A stretch of 62,888 bases of DNA, the filler included. It is 9 parts of 9 records of this genome, joined end to end, with 100 filler letters (N's around TTAATTAATTAA, not from the genome) between each part and the next. Parts side by side here need not be neighbours in the genome. Positions count along the whole stretch, not along the records: positions 19,248 to 26,324 come from SRR7504441_1398; positions 26,425 to 39,603 come from SRR7504441_1399; 7 more parts are not named here. The stretch is one strand, 5' to 3'. Both the position numbers and the translations under genes were made by a program. Positions 22,654-33,514 of this stretch are shown one piece after another (within the stretch, counting starts at the first letter, position 1; each line of letters opens with the position of its first letter). Below the pieces are notes generated by a model, which was not told the DNA's origin, did not search any database, and saw only the letters and a program-made list of their open reading frames with translations.

Positions 22654-24181
22654 ATGAGGAGCGCACCGGCCGGGGCTGCGGCGGAGGACGGTCCGGCCGT
22701 GCGGGGGGCGGGCAGCAGCAGCGACGAGTCCTGGGACGAGGCGGAGACCATCGCCCGGCTGCAGGATCGGATCACCGCCATGTGGCCGGTTCGGGGCCCC
22801 CGACCGCCCGCCGTGACCGCCGGGCAGGGCCGGCACCGTCAGGCGATGGTGGCGCGGCTGCGCGCGCTGGAGGCGGCGGCCGACGCCAGGGTGGAGGCGG
22901 CGGCGGCAGAGCTGCGGGAGGCGGCCTCGCTGAACCTGGCCGAGCGGATGGCCTTCAAGATCTGCCCGGTGGCCACGGAGATCTACCAGGAGCTGCAGCA
23001 GGCTAAAAGCCCGGAGACGGCCAAGGCGGTCAAGAGCGAGGAGAGCATCCGGTGCCCATCCCTGACCGGTGACCGGTGATGGCGCCGCGGCAGGTCAGTG
23101 CAGGAGAGGATTCTGAACGCCGAGGAAAAGACCGACCCGGAGGTGAAGCGGCTGGAAGGCGAGCTCGAACGACTGGCAAACGGTCGGTCTGCCGGGCCAG
23201 TCGGTGGCTGAGTGTGGGCAGAGGGGGTGGTGGCGCTGCAGGAGGGTTTGAAGCTAGCAGAGCTCGTCTGTCCAGCAGCTGCAGGGCCGTTGGAGCAGGC
23301 AATCCAGCAGATAGAGCAGGTGCTGAGCTGGGAGAGCTGGGGTTACTGGCTGGGGCAGAGTGGTGACTGGAGCGGGTTGCCAGAGGCAGATGCCGCTGTG
23401 GCAACGTGCAGCGATCCTGCCATGCTGCAGACTTTGAGCCAAGCGCGTGAGCTGTGGGATAGCTGGGAGCAGACAGCAAGGCTCAAGCAGGCCACAGAAC
23501 AGAAAGTCGAGTCGGTCAAAGCAGCTGTGGCGGCGTGCACACAGGTCGTGCCCTCATCTAGTTGGATCTGCTGTGTCACAGCTTGGGGGCAGGCTAGCAA
23601 GGCGATGCTTGCTGAGAATCGTGCTGCGGATGCAGGCAGAATCCAAAACGACGACTGGACGGCCTATGACTGCGCCGAGCTTGACACCGGCAGTGGTTGA
23701 GCCTGATCTTCGGAAGTTGACAAGCGAAGAGCGTGCGGCTCATGGGGGCGAGTACATAAAGGTGCTCAGTCTATCTCCACAACCGGCATGGCGGGACCGG
23801 TCGCTGTCACCAGAGGCAGGCAGCCACTCTCTGATACGAGCTAACTGGGTATCGCGCACATTCGACGAAATAGGCGAACGCACTCAGCCACGCAAAGACG
23901 AGCACTATGGACCAAATACGATGCCTGTGTCAGCAAAGACCATGCCTATTCCGGTGTCAGCACGGAGCACCTCTTGGACAGAGGAGAACAGTAGAATAAT
24001 GAGTGAGACGAGGCATAGGCAGCACGCAGAGAGGCGAATAAATCACGAGAACGAGGCACGATGGTGGCAGAGTGTCCGGGATTCAGACAATCAGCGCGCT
24101 AGTGAACGGAAAGAGCTGGCTATCCTAAGTGAGGAGCGGCGACAAAGGCACGAGAGAGCCAACCGGAAGCGATATTATTAA
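22654..24181 (+). CDS. Hypothetical multi-exon coiled-coil protein
   Basis: Open exons joined by short introns; helical charged composition; stop at 24181. Confidence 0.55.
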
Positions 24182-24327
24182 TTAAGTAAGCCATGCGTGT
24201 CCTTTTGCGATAAATGATTTAGCCACACCGACCTCCCGGAATGAATGTCACTAGATACTCGTACGGCATATATCGACTCACATGTGACTGTATGAGCATA
24301 GTATGAGCAAGTGGCGAGGAAAGGACC

Positions 24328-25016
24328 CTAGCTAGCAGCTCCGCTACCTTCGCTAAGTATGAACCGGATCCCGCACACATTGATATCACTAGACGAGCGG
24401 AGCGGCCTTTCGCCCCCCCGGAGCACAGGCTCCCCGTCCACCCGCACCAGCCTCTTCCCCAGGTTCTTCACCGTCATCTTGCCATCCGCTGTCCTTCGGA
24501 TCAGCACGTGCTTGCGCGACACCTGCCCCGCCCCGTCAGCCCGCCCGGTCAGCGCCAGGGTACCTTCATCCCATCCGGATGCTTAGACACGTCGAGCGGG
24601 ACCGGGGCCGCCGGGAAGCTCCGTCCGATCACGCAGCCGTCTCGCACCACCATCTCGCTCCCGCAGCCCCGGATCTTCACGATACCGGCCGCCCGTGTGT
24701 CGCCCAACCGGCCGCCCGGGCCACGCGCGCTAAGGGCAGCGGCGATGGCGGTGGCGGCCCGGGCACCGACCACCGGATCGTACAGCATGGCGTGCCAGTG
24801 CTCGATCGCCCGGGGGAAGTTGGGCATCATCGCACTGAACTTGCCGTGCTCGGCCGCGTCCTTGAGCATCAGGTACTCCCGCGGCTGCAGCGGCTGCTCT
24901 TGCCGGATAGCCAGCGCGGTGGCATCGGGCGCCATCGGCGCGTTGCTCCGCTGCTGCATCACCGCCGCCCCAGGGGGCTGCTGCATTGCCGGGGTGTTGT
25001 TGTTGTTGTCGATCAT
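24328..25016 (-). CDS. MCRS1: Compact microspherule protein 1-like (MCRS_N + FHA)
   Basis: IEHWHAMLYDP (MCRS_N-like), then FHA motifs VIGR, K-VSRKH and KNLGKR..VDG. Intron 24523-24563. Start codon uncertain. Confidence 0.75.
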
Positions 25017-25284
25017 TATGGAAACTGCCTATCATATTGGCATGGGCGGGATTCTCACGGATTCTCAAGTTCACCCCCTAAACACAAGTGTCATTATAGT
25101 GTCCTTAGTAGTTGAGCGGTGGCTATTGCCACCGATACCGATGCCGACAAGTAGCTGAATAACAATACTTGATTGATTGAACTTAGTATTCGAGCCGTGT
25201 GCACTGATTTTAGGCGTTTTAGGCCCCTCTATCACTAAGCTTATGTCCACGTGCGCCACTTAAATATCTAGAGCTTTCTATCAG

Positions 25285-26190
25285 TCAGCTGTCTGCCACT
25301 GATACCACCGTGTTCAAATGCTGATTCTTCTCTATGCATTGGGTCAGGATGAAGAACGCTAGGTTGGGATAGGTCACTTGGTGCCCGTTGGTCGGTGTAC
25401 CGCTCGTACTTGTTCTCAACCCGCCTGCCACCCTCTCAATTAAAGCCACACTCGGCACCGCATGCACACCGTTGACTGCCCCTTTGCCCTCGGTGCTCAC
25501 CAGCTCCGGCGCTCTCACTATGGTCCAACTGATCTTCGGGGGCGCCAACTTCTTAATCTGACCCAGCCTCAGCCCCGCAGCATAACCAGGGCACCGCAGC
25601 CTCCATCCGTAATAGGTCAGCATGCACCTGCAGCAGGCAGTACCTGCGCCCCCCGCAGTCAGCCGCCCGCTGGCCTGGTCCGCCCCGGCACCGCGCAAAA
25701 GGGTCCTGGAACAGCTTGGGCAGCCCCGGGTCCGCAGGTTCGCACCCGACCGAGCTAACCGCCACAACCCGGCCGGGCCGCTCGGGGCTCGTGAGCACCG
25801 CGCGCACCCCGGTCGATACCACGTGGCTGGGCGCGTCGGTTGGTCCCACCCCGAGCACGCAGACGGTGCAGTCGCTGCCCTGGAGCGCCTGGGACACTGC
25901 AGCCGGCTGGGTGGCGTCGCCTTGGAGCACGGTCAGCTTGGGGTGCGTCAACGGCATCCGGGCCGGCTCGCGGCACAGCGCGCGGACTGCGTGGCCGCGG
26001 GCGAGCGCCTGGTGCACCAGCTCGCGCCCGGTGCGGCCGGTGGCCCCGAACACGGCGATGGTGCGCTTCGCGGCCGGCGGGGGCGGGGTGAGCCAGCTCT
26101 GCTGCCGCCGGTGAGCGGGCGCGGCCGGGCCGGGGTCGCCTGCTGGTGCTCGGCCGAGTGAGTTCCGAGCAGCCACTGGAGCAACCCCAT
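25285..26190 (-). CDS. NAD(P)H-binding oxidoreductase (flavin reductase/BLVRB-like atypical SDR)
   Basis: IAVFGATGRTG, GHAVRALCR, GDAT, VSSVG and WTIVRAP; several short introns. Confidence 0.85.
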
Positions 26191-26324
26191 CCTTGTTGGG
26201 TCCGGCCCAAGGTTGACCCGACAACAAAGTTACGGGTATGCGTAAGGCTTGACGTTATAATTGGTACTGGTACTACAAAGCATTGAGTACTATATAATGT
26301 AAGATTTATTCAACATTTGTAACA

Positions 26325-26424
26325 NNNNNNNNNNNNNNNNNNNNNNNNNNNNNNNNNNNNNNNNNNNNTTAATTAATTAANNNNNNNNNNNNNNNNNNNN
26401 NNNNNNNNNNNNNNNNNNNNNNNN
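26325..26424. other. Artificial contig linker
   Basis: Same linker pattern. Confidence 0.99.
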
Positions 26425-26615
26425 TTTGTGTCCGAGTCCCCGAACGGGGCTGCCGCCCGGGTCAGCGGGGCCAGACCGGGCAGGGCACCGTAGTCCGGGG
26501 CGCGGCCGGCGGCCTGGTCGATTATGGCGTGCAGCAGGGCCTCGCGCTGCGACTCTTCGACCGCTTCGAGGAAGCCGAGCCCCTCCACCTCGCCACCCAC
26601 GCCAGCTTCCGGCAT
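26425..26615 (-). CDS. 5' end of a hypothetical protein, truncated
   Basis: ATG 26615 (MPEAGVGG...) is open to the contig end and divergent from the ATG at 26673. Confidence 0.4.
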
Positions 26616-26672
26616 GCTGCCGTTGCGAGCTTGAGAGGGGCGAGAGGCCACTGCCTGGTAGGTGCTACACGG

Positions 26673-28652
26673 ATGGCCAGCTGGTTCGACCGCCGCCCAG
26701 GCGAGCGCCGGCTGAGCCGGCACCCGGCGGTCTCGCCCCCGCCCAGGTCGCCGGCCGGGTCGGAGTGCGGCGACTCGGTGGCGGAAGGGGAGGAGCGGCC
26801 GACGGGCGCGTGGTTCAGGAGCAGGCTAGGTGCCGAGCTGAGGCGCAAGGCGAGCGTCGGGTCCGACTGTGAGAGCAGCACTACCGAGGCCGAGTGGAGT
26901 CGGGAGCGGGAGGACGAGTGCGAGAGCACCGACGGCGATTACGCCGGCCGGGGTGGCCAGGAGGAGGCTTCCGCAGCAACGCAGGTGGCGGGGTGGGTAA
27001 TGAGGCCGGGCGAGCGGCGGGTGAGCCGCAGCCCGGTGGCATCGCCGGCGGCCAGCTCCCCAACGGAGTCGGAGTGCGGTGAGAGCCTGCAGGCGCGATT
27101 CCGGGCCCAACTCGAGGTAATGCAGGGCAGCATAGCCGACCAGGAGAACCGTCTGCAGGCCATAAAGCAGCGCAGTGCAGCGCTGCGGGGGGCAGAGCTG
27201 CCCTCGGCCGGGAGGCCGCCCCAGGCGGCAGCCCTGCCCGGGAGGCCGCCCCAGTCGCCGACGGGCGACCCTATAGAGGTAGACTGGAGCACCATTCAGA
27301 CGCTGAGTGACCTGACCAGTGAAAACCAGGCGCTCAGGCAGGCGTTGGTGCTGGCACTGGAGAACGGGGGGCTCCGGACAGAGCTACTCAAGATGGTCTG
27401 GCAGCAGCTGCCCGGGATGGAGGCCCGGCTGCCTGGGCTGGTGCACCTGGTTCAGTCTTGCCTCAAGAGTCCTAGCGCTGTCGCAGGCAGCTCGCCCAGC
27501 TCACTCGGCAACTCGCTGGTCAGCTCAGAAGCACCAGACCCGCTCGGCCAGACCATGCGCCGGCTGTGGCTCATAATATTGGGCCAGCACCTGAGCAGCT
27601 GGCGGCACACGGCCAGCTGCCGTGCTGGGGCCACTCGGCGGGCAAGAATAGCGGCGTGCAAGCTGGTCAGCAGCCAGATCTGCCGGAGCTTTCAACGGTG
27701 GAGGCTCGACTGTGATGGCGCCGTTCACGTTGCAGCGCAATCTGCGCTCGGCTGGAAAAGGCTGCGGTACTTGTGCCAGGCGAGGGCACTCGGGCGGTGG
27801 CGTAGCGTTGGGGAGGAGACGGCCTGCTTGCGTGAGGGGAGCGGCCGTGCTGTGCGGGCGTTTGGCCGGTGGATGTGCAGCAAGGCGTTGCTTAAGTGGC
27901 TCGACGATGCCGGCCTGCAGGCCGACAAAGCGGAGGTCATGGCGCGTTCGGTCAAGCGACTGCTCAGAAGTTCGGCCGGACCTGCCTTCACAAGCTGGCA
28001 GGACGCGGCAGACCAGCGCGCCACTGCTAGGCGCTTGCTGGCTCACGCTCGCCAGCCTATGCTGAGTCGGGGATTCGGAATGTGGCACAGCGATGCGGTG
28101 AGCCGTATTGAGCGGATGCGGAGGCAAAGCGAGGTCTTCCGCCTTTTTGAGCCGAAGCGGCGGGCATACGCGTGCTGGAATCGGGGGACAGCGGCCCTGC
28201 GGGCGCTCACGCCGCGCACGGTGCTGTCGCGAGCATACCGGCAGTTCAATAGGGCCAACAGTTGGGGGCAGACCAGCCGAGCGACCAAGCTTGTGCTGCA
28301 GAGTAGGAAGGCAGTAGAGGACGACCCAAAGCGAGTGGCCGAGCAGGAGCTGGCTCAGCTGCTCGATTACGTCGAGCAGGGCGGGCCGGGTTGGGCCCAG
28401 TCCCGGTGCGGGAGTGCGGCGATGGCCCGGATAGAGCAGCTCGAGGCCGAGCTTGTCGACCTGAGGAATCCGGAGGTGGCGGCCGAGAGGCGGCGCGAAC
28501 AGGCCAAGCTGGAGCTGGCTAACTCGAGGAAGGAGGCCGAGAGGGCATACGTGGACGCGCTTTGTGCGGGGGATGGCCGCAAGATCTCGATGGCTGAGCA
28601 GCAGCTCAAGGAATGCGAGAAGGCGAGCGCAGCTTGGTTCCGCCACGACTGA
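26673..28652 (+). CDS. Sfi1-like Trp-repeat (putative centrin-binding) coiled-coil protein
   Basis: Periodic (A/S)F..W motifs: RSFQRW, RALGRW, KALLKW, PAFTSW, RGFGMW, RAYACW. Duplicated N-terminal RPGERR...SECG(D/E)S block. Confidence 0.6.
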   Translation: MASWFDRRPGERRLSRHPAVSPPPRSPAGSECGDSVAEGEERPTGAWFRSRLGAELRRKASVGSDCESSTTEAEWSREREDECESTDGDYAGRGGQEEASAATQVAGWVMRPGERRVSRSPVASPAASSPTESECGESLQARFRAQLEVMQGSIADQENRLQAIKQRSAALRGAELPSAGRPPQAAALPGRPPQSPTGDPIEVDWSTIQTLSDLTSENQALRQALVLALENGGLRTELLKMVWQQLPGMEARLPGLVHLVQSCLKSPSAVAGSSPSSLGNSLVSSEAPDPLGQTMRRLWLIILGQHLSSWRHTASCRAGATRRARIAACKLVSSQICRSFQRWRLDCDGAVHVAAQSALGWKRLRYLCQARALGRWRSVGEETACLREGSGRAVRAFGRWMCSKALLKWLDDAGLQADKAEVMARSVKRLLRSSAGPAFTSWQDAADQRATARRLLAHARQPMLSRGFGMWHSDAVSRIERMRRQSEVFRLFEPKRRAYACWNRGTAALRALTPRTVLSRAYRQFNRANSWGQTSRATKLVLQSRKAVEDDPKRVAEQELAQLLDYVEQGGPGWAQSRCGSAAMARIEQLEAELVDLRNPEVAAERRREQAKLELANSRKEAERAYVDALCAGDGRKISMAEQQLKECEKASAAWFRHD

Positions 28653-29188
28653 GATTGGGCGCGGGTAAGTACCACACGAAATCTTCGTAAACAATATTTT
28701 AAAGCCAGTTTGGGTTACGTCCATGAGAGATTCAATTCACTGTATTGGTAATCTCAAATTAAGATTATCTAGATTAAATATTATCATTATTGAAAATGTT
28801 ACATGTAAGTTAGTTGAACTTGTGATCATGAATTGGCCATAGCAGCTGGCTGCTCGAGCTCGCCGTGGTCTTTCGTTCCTCTCATCGCAGTTCTCACAAC
28901 TGGTCCTCGAAGCCAGCCTTGACAGGGTTACCGGGGCGTTCAGGTTCACCGGCGCTTCGCCAGTCTCGGTTCTTGCAATGGCACCTCCCTCGAAGCTAGA
29001 GTACATGTAGTACACCCAGATGCCGAGGACAGCACCAGCCCCGGGGTCGGGCTGGGGTGTCTACGTCGCCCTAGCGGTACATCACCTGGTTGGCGCCATC
29101 GACTGCGACCGCCATAGATAGACTGCTGCCGCAGGCCCAACCCGTACCGGATAATGTCCAGGTTTCCCCACGATTTGCACCTTTTAGG

Positions 29189-29647
29189 CTAGCGCTTTCG
29201 TTGTCGCCTGTCTAGCTCGGCGGGGACCCCAACGACAGCAATCCGGCCAACCGACGGCGAGTCATCCACTGACCATCTTCGTGATCTTCGCCGAGGGTTG
29301 GGCCCGATCCCGGCGCGGAAAGGCGGCGATGTCCCGGGTGGCTGGAACTCTGATGGATCCACTGACCATCTTCGTGATCCAGGCGGCCGGGGGGGTAATT
29401 CGGGAGAAGAGGGACGGGCGACCACAGCGATCCGCCCAAACGATGGCGATTCGTCAATCGTTGGTATGGTTTGGGTAGCCTGATACTCGTCCTCATTCCG
29501 ATCCTTGTTCCTGACCTTCCGAGCGAGGTCCATCACGAGGTAGCCCAAGAGAGTGATGATGAGCACGGCGGGGAGCACTATCACTCCCGCCACGGCGTAA
29601 GTCACCATGTGAGCCAACCCGCTGTCCAAAGAGACTAGAGACGCCAT
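29189..29647 (-). CDS. Small single-pass membrane protein with internally repeated cytosolic motifs
   Basis: TM segment VAGVIVLPAVLIITLLGYLV; SRRWSVD twice and D.SPS.GRIAVV twice. Confidence 0.5.
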   Translation of the reverse strand: MASLVSLDSGLAHMVTYAVAGVIVLPAVLIITLLGYLVMDLARKVRNKDRNEDEYQATQTIPTIDESPSFGRIAVVARPSSPELPPRPPGSRRWSVDPSEFQPPGTSPPFRAGIGPNPRRRSRRWSVDDSPSVGRIAVVGVPAELDRRQRKR

Positions 29648-29979
29648 GAGCGCCCTTTGCGTGCTTGCCAACGCACGCCCTTTGCAAGCAAAGAATTTCG
29701 GGAAAAAATGAGCCGAACTCGCCCGCGCTCAGAGAGACTACGACTGAATACACGTACAGACTACGACTGTATGCACGTATAATGTGGCTGAAATCGTTGC
29801 AACGCGTTGGCGGCTCTTGCACACCACGGACCCTTCGTCATCAGTTATGTCTGTGTTCAGCACGCACTGCACGCACTGCAGCTGGAACTAATTATTAGTT
29901 GTATTTTTTACCATGATTTGATACAACACGTGTTGCGCGTGTATAGCGATCGCGAAGCCTACTCACAACTACATGCAGC

Positions 29980-31161
29980 TCACAACAAAAGCTTGTTCCG
30001 GTCCACCTTGCGCTGGTAGCACGTCCGTTGCAGCTTGAGCACCAGCAGCGCGTTGTTGTCCACTTGCTCGTGCAGCTTGCCCAAGAACTCACACGTGCTC
30101 GCGTGCTGCTGGGCCGCCTGCTTCAAATCCGCCAGCTGCTGCCGATGCTCGGCTCCGACCGCGCGCACCGCCGCCGCCTTGAAAAGCACGAGCGCCGTCC
30201 CTAACATCAGCAGCACAAAGCTCCCAAAGTACAACCAGGCGCCGGCCTCGTTCGGTTGGGAGTCGATGCACTCCATCTGCTGCTCTGGCCCGTACTGGCC
30301 TGTGCACCCCTCGTACTCTATGGCAAAGAGGTGGTGCCTGCCAGTGGCAACACTGAGGTTCGCTGAGGCGGGGACTCACCAGGCCGACAACGGCTGCAGT
30401 AGCGAGACGGCGCTTCGGCCCAGGTTCCCAAAATATATCGGGTCGTTGCCGGCCCAGAGCAGACAGCCGAGCACCGCGTAGATGTACAACAAGCAAACAA
30501 ACGTGGGCGCGGCGACGAGGGTGCTCCGGGCAGTCGCTTCGAGCCATCGAGTGACAGTGGAGAGCTGCGTGGGCCAACGGATGTTCCTGAACACCTTGAG
30601 CAGCCGGAGCATCCTGAGCGCTACGAACGGGGTGAGCTTGTTGTTCCTGTCGTCGACCGCCAGTTCCCCCGACATCACCAGCCCGAGTTCGGCCGCCGCC
30701 CCGAGCTGCCGGCACCCGCTCAGATCCGGCGACCGGCCCGGCACCGCAACCCCGAGGTCGATCAGGTTGTAGGGGTCGAGCAGGAAGCCGCAAACTGCCC
30801 GCCGCGGCTCACCGGCCGTCGCTGGGAGCCGAGCACCGCACGGGCCGGCCGCGCCAAGCCGGAGGCCCATCTCTAGTACGAACAGCCCGAGCACCAGCTG
30901 GTCGAGCACGCAGAGCCCAAAGTCGTCGATAAAGCTCTGCAGCCCGAGCAGCGCGCCGGCCGCCACGATCAGGAACATGGCCGAGATCTGAAACTCGCGC
31001 CCGGCCACAAACCGCTGCAGCCCGCTCTCGGGCCGGTCGGGGTCGGCATCGCTCTCGTAGCTGAAAATGTCCGGGGCCGAGAGGTTGGTCAGCTCGGGCT
31101 CCGGGAGGCTGGTGCTGATCCCCCCTCCGAGGCCTTCCACCAGCCAGGCCGCCACCGCCAT
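29980..31161 (-). CDS. Single-domain (6TM) voltage-gated cation channel-like protein (EukCat/BacNav/CatSper-like)
   Basis: S4 LRMLRLLKVFRNIR, S5 LLYIYAVLG, NDPIYFGNLGRSAVSLLQ, Cys-containing loop, S6 AWLYFGSFVLL, and a C-terminal coiled coil. Confidence 0.8.
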
Positions 31162-31277
31162 CTCCTCTGTCCGCTTCTACTGGCCGATGACAGAAACCCA
31201 ACGGCTTCGCTTCCGTCATCTCCGTTGCTCCGACGGCAGGCCACCGGGCTGGTCGATTGGCCGGCGCCGAGCGCGCA

Positions 31278-32220
31278 ATGGACCAGTTGTGTCTGGAGGT
31301 GTGCGCGCCGTGGGCGGGGCTGCTGCTCGACGGTGCAAAGCCAGTAGAGACCCGGAGCTATCCGCTGCCGGACCGGTTCGTCGGGCTCCCGATCCAGCTG
31401 CTCGAGACGGCGCCCGGCCGCCCGGCGCTGCTGGTGGGCGCCGTCCGGTTCGGGCCGAGCTTTGAGTACCAGGACCGTGTCAGCTGGGAGGCAGATGCGG
31501 CCCGGCACCTGGTGCCGCCCGACGCCGAGCTGTTCGGCTGGGCGGAGGCCGAAGAGAAGCACGGCTGGCCGGTGCTGGAGGCCGAGGTCTTACCAGAGCC
31601 GATCCGTCCAGTGGGGCTGGCCCGTGAGTTCCGGTCGCTGTTGCGGCTGGACCCGACCGGTCCGGCGGCGGTGGAGGGGCTGCCCCAGACGTTCAACGGC
31701 TCGCACCCGGAGCTTTGCGTTTTGGACAATTTCATTCCGTTCCCATGCCCGATCGAAGTGGCGGGCGAGCGGTTCAGCTCGTCTGAGCACTATTTCCAGT
31801 CGCGCAAGGCCGCGGGTAGCCCCGCCACATGAGCAGCCCCGCTGACACCCCGCAGGCACGCCTGAGGAGAGGCTCGTTCGGGAGGCGCCCACGCCAGGGG
31901 AGGCCAAGCGGCTCGGCAGGAGGGTCAAACTGCGGCCGGACTGGGAGGCGGTGAAGGAGCGGGTGATGAAGCAGGCGGTGCAGGCCAAGTTCACGCAGCA
32001 CCGGCAGCTAGGCCGGGTGCTAGTGGCCACTGGGTCCTCAGTGCTGGTGGAGAGGGCCCCGGATAGGTACTGGGGGGATGGCGGGGACGGCGCCGGGCTG
32101 AACCGGCTGGGGCTGATTCTGATGGAGGTGAGGGCGGAGCTAAAGGCCGAGTGGGTGCCTGACCGGGCTGGCATGGCAAGCGCTCAACCGATTTGTGGTT
32201 CTATTGACAACGCAACTTGA
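31278..32220 (+). CDS. ASCH domain - NADAR (YbiA) domain fusion protein
   Basis: PWAGLLLDGAKPVETRSY (ASCH signature), then SEHYFQSRK, LRPDW, AKFTQH, LVERAPDRYWG and GLNRLGLILMEVR (NADAR). One 40-nt GT-AG intron at 31816-31855. Confidence 0.88.
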
Positions 32221-32489
32221 TCAATGATCGCCGATTTGACATTGTACCGTACACGTGTGCATGCACAATCATAGTCAGCGCGTAATAGAACCAGATATAC
32301 TTATAATTAGAACAAGTTTCCAGTGATACTGCACAGTGCTAATGAGCGTTCGAGTACCCACGTGCACGATACCTATTGCGCACGTAAATACCGTACTGAT
32401 TTAAAGATTAATACATGTACCAGTACGCAGCGGCGACACGCACTAAGCAGTATCTGAGTTTATTTCATGAGGGATGGCTCGAGTCAAAG

Positions 32490-33371
32490 TTATCCCACTT
32501 CGCCGTCGCAGCCCAAGCGGACTGTATCTAGGTAGCTACAGAGGTCCTCGCCAACATACTTCACAACAACAACCCCATCCGGGCACGCACTCAGCAACCA
32601 AGGCACGCCGTCCGCTGATGCTACAGTTTCCTCGGCCGCGAGCCAGCCCTGCACTTGCTCCGCCACGGCCTCCAAATCGGCCAGCTCCAGCCCTGAGCCT
32701 CCCACAAACCGTGCGCAGATCCCATCCACGATCCGGCGCTCCGCGTAGCACTTGGTGAGCTTTTGCATTCTCCGAGTGTCAAATCTTGTATCCAGCGCCT
32801 GCCGGCCCGCCCCCGCCACCGCCCGCTGCAGCTGGGCCGCGACCCGTCCAAGCAACTTGTTGAGCAGCCACCGCCGCTGCCTGGTCAGTCGGAGCCCATC
32901 CGGCGTCCCGCTCAGCCGCCGGGCCAGTTCTAGGCTCTTCACCACGATCAGCGTCGGGCCGATCGCGTCCACCAGCGCCGCAATCGCTCGCTCCACCCCG
33001 TCCCGCTCCCGGTTGCCGCCAATGTCTAGCCAAACCATCTGGCACCCGCGCCCGAGCTCGGCCAGCACGTCGGGCGGGCTGGCCAGCACGTCGCAACGCG
33101 CTACCTCCACATTCGCCAGGTCCCGGAGCGCCTCGGCTGCCAGCACGGTGTGGCTGGGGCTCTTGTCGGTGGCTACCACCCGCGCGGCGCTGCTGGCGAG
33201 CTGGAGCGTGCACAGCCCGACGTCGCAGCCCACCTCGAGCACCGCGGTGCCCGGCCCGGGCAGCTGCTGGGCCAGCAGCCGATACTCTGGGGTATGGGCG
33301 CACACCAGCACACACCGGCCAGCCACGGGCGGCGCCGGGTGTAGCACCCACGCGTACTCCCTGGTGGCCAT
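32490..33371 (-). CDS. Class I SAM-dependent methyltransferase-fold protein
   Basis: VLEVGCDVG motif I, VVATD and WLDIGGNR. Confidence 0.7.
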   Translation of the reverse strand: MATREYAWVLHPAPPVAGRCVLVCAHTPEYRLLAQQLPGPGTAVLEVGCDVGLCTLQLASSAARVVATDKSPSHTVLAAEALRDLANVEVARCDVLASPPDVLAELGRGCQMVWLDIGGNRERDGVERAIAALVDAIGPTLIVVKSLELARRLSGTPDGLRLTRQRRWLLNKLLGRVAAQLQRAVAGAGRQALDTRFDTRRMQKLTKCYAERRIVDGICARFVGGSGLELADLEAVAEQVQGWLAAEETVASADGVPWLLSACPDGVVVVKYVGEDLCSYLDTVRLGCDGEVG

Positions 33372-33514
33372 GCCAGCAGCCGTTAACCTTCGTTACTGCC
33401 GTGTCGCAGGCCGGCGGCAGCTCGACGTGGGGCTGGGGGAGGTGCGTGTCGCGTCTCGCCGAGGCAGCGGCACTTTCGGGCCTCCTCAAGCTGCGCACTC
33501 CTCTAAGTGACACG

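Noticed and set aside
27525-28724. Long antisense or alternate-frame ORFs (e.g. 27525-28724, 36685-37593, 51925-52881, 3771-4703)
   Set aside because: These are shadows of real genes in high-GC DNA where stop codons are rare. They have no recognisable motifs.
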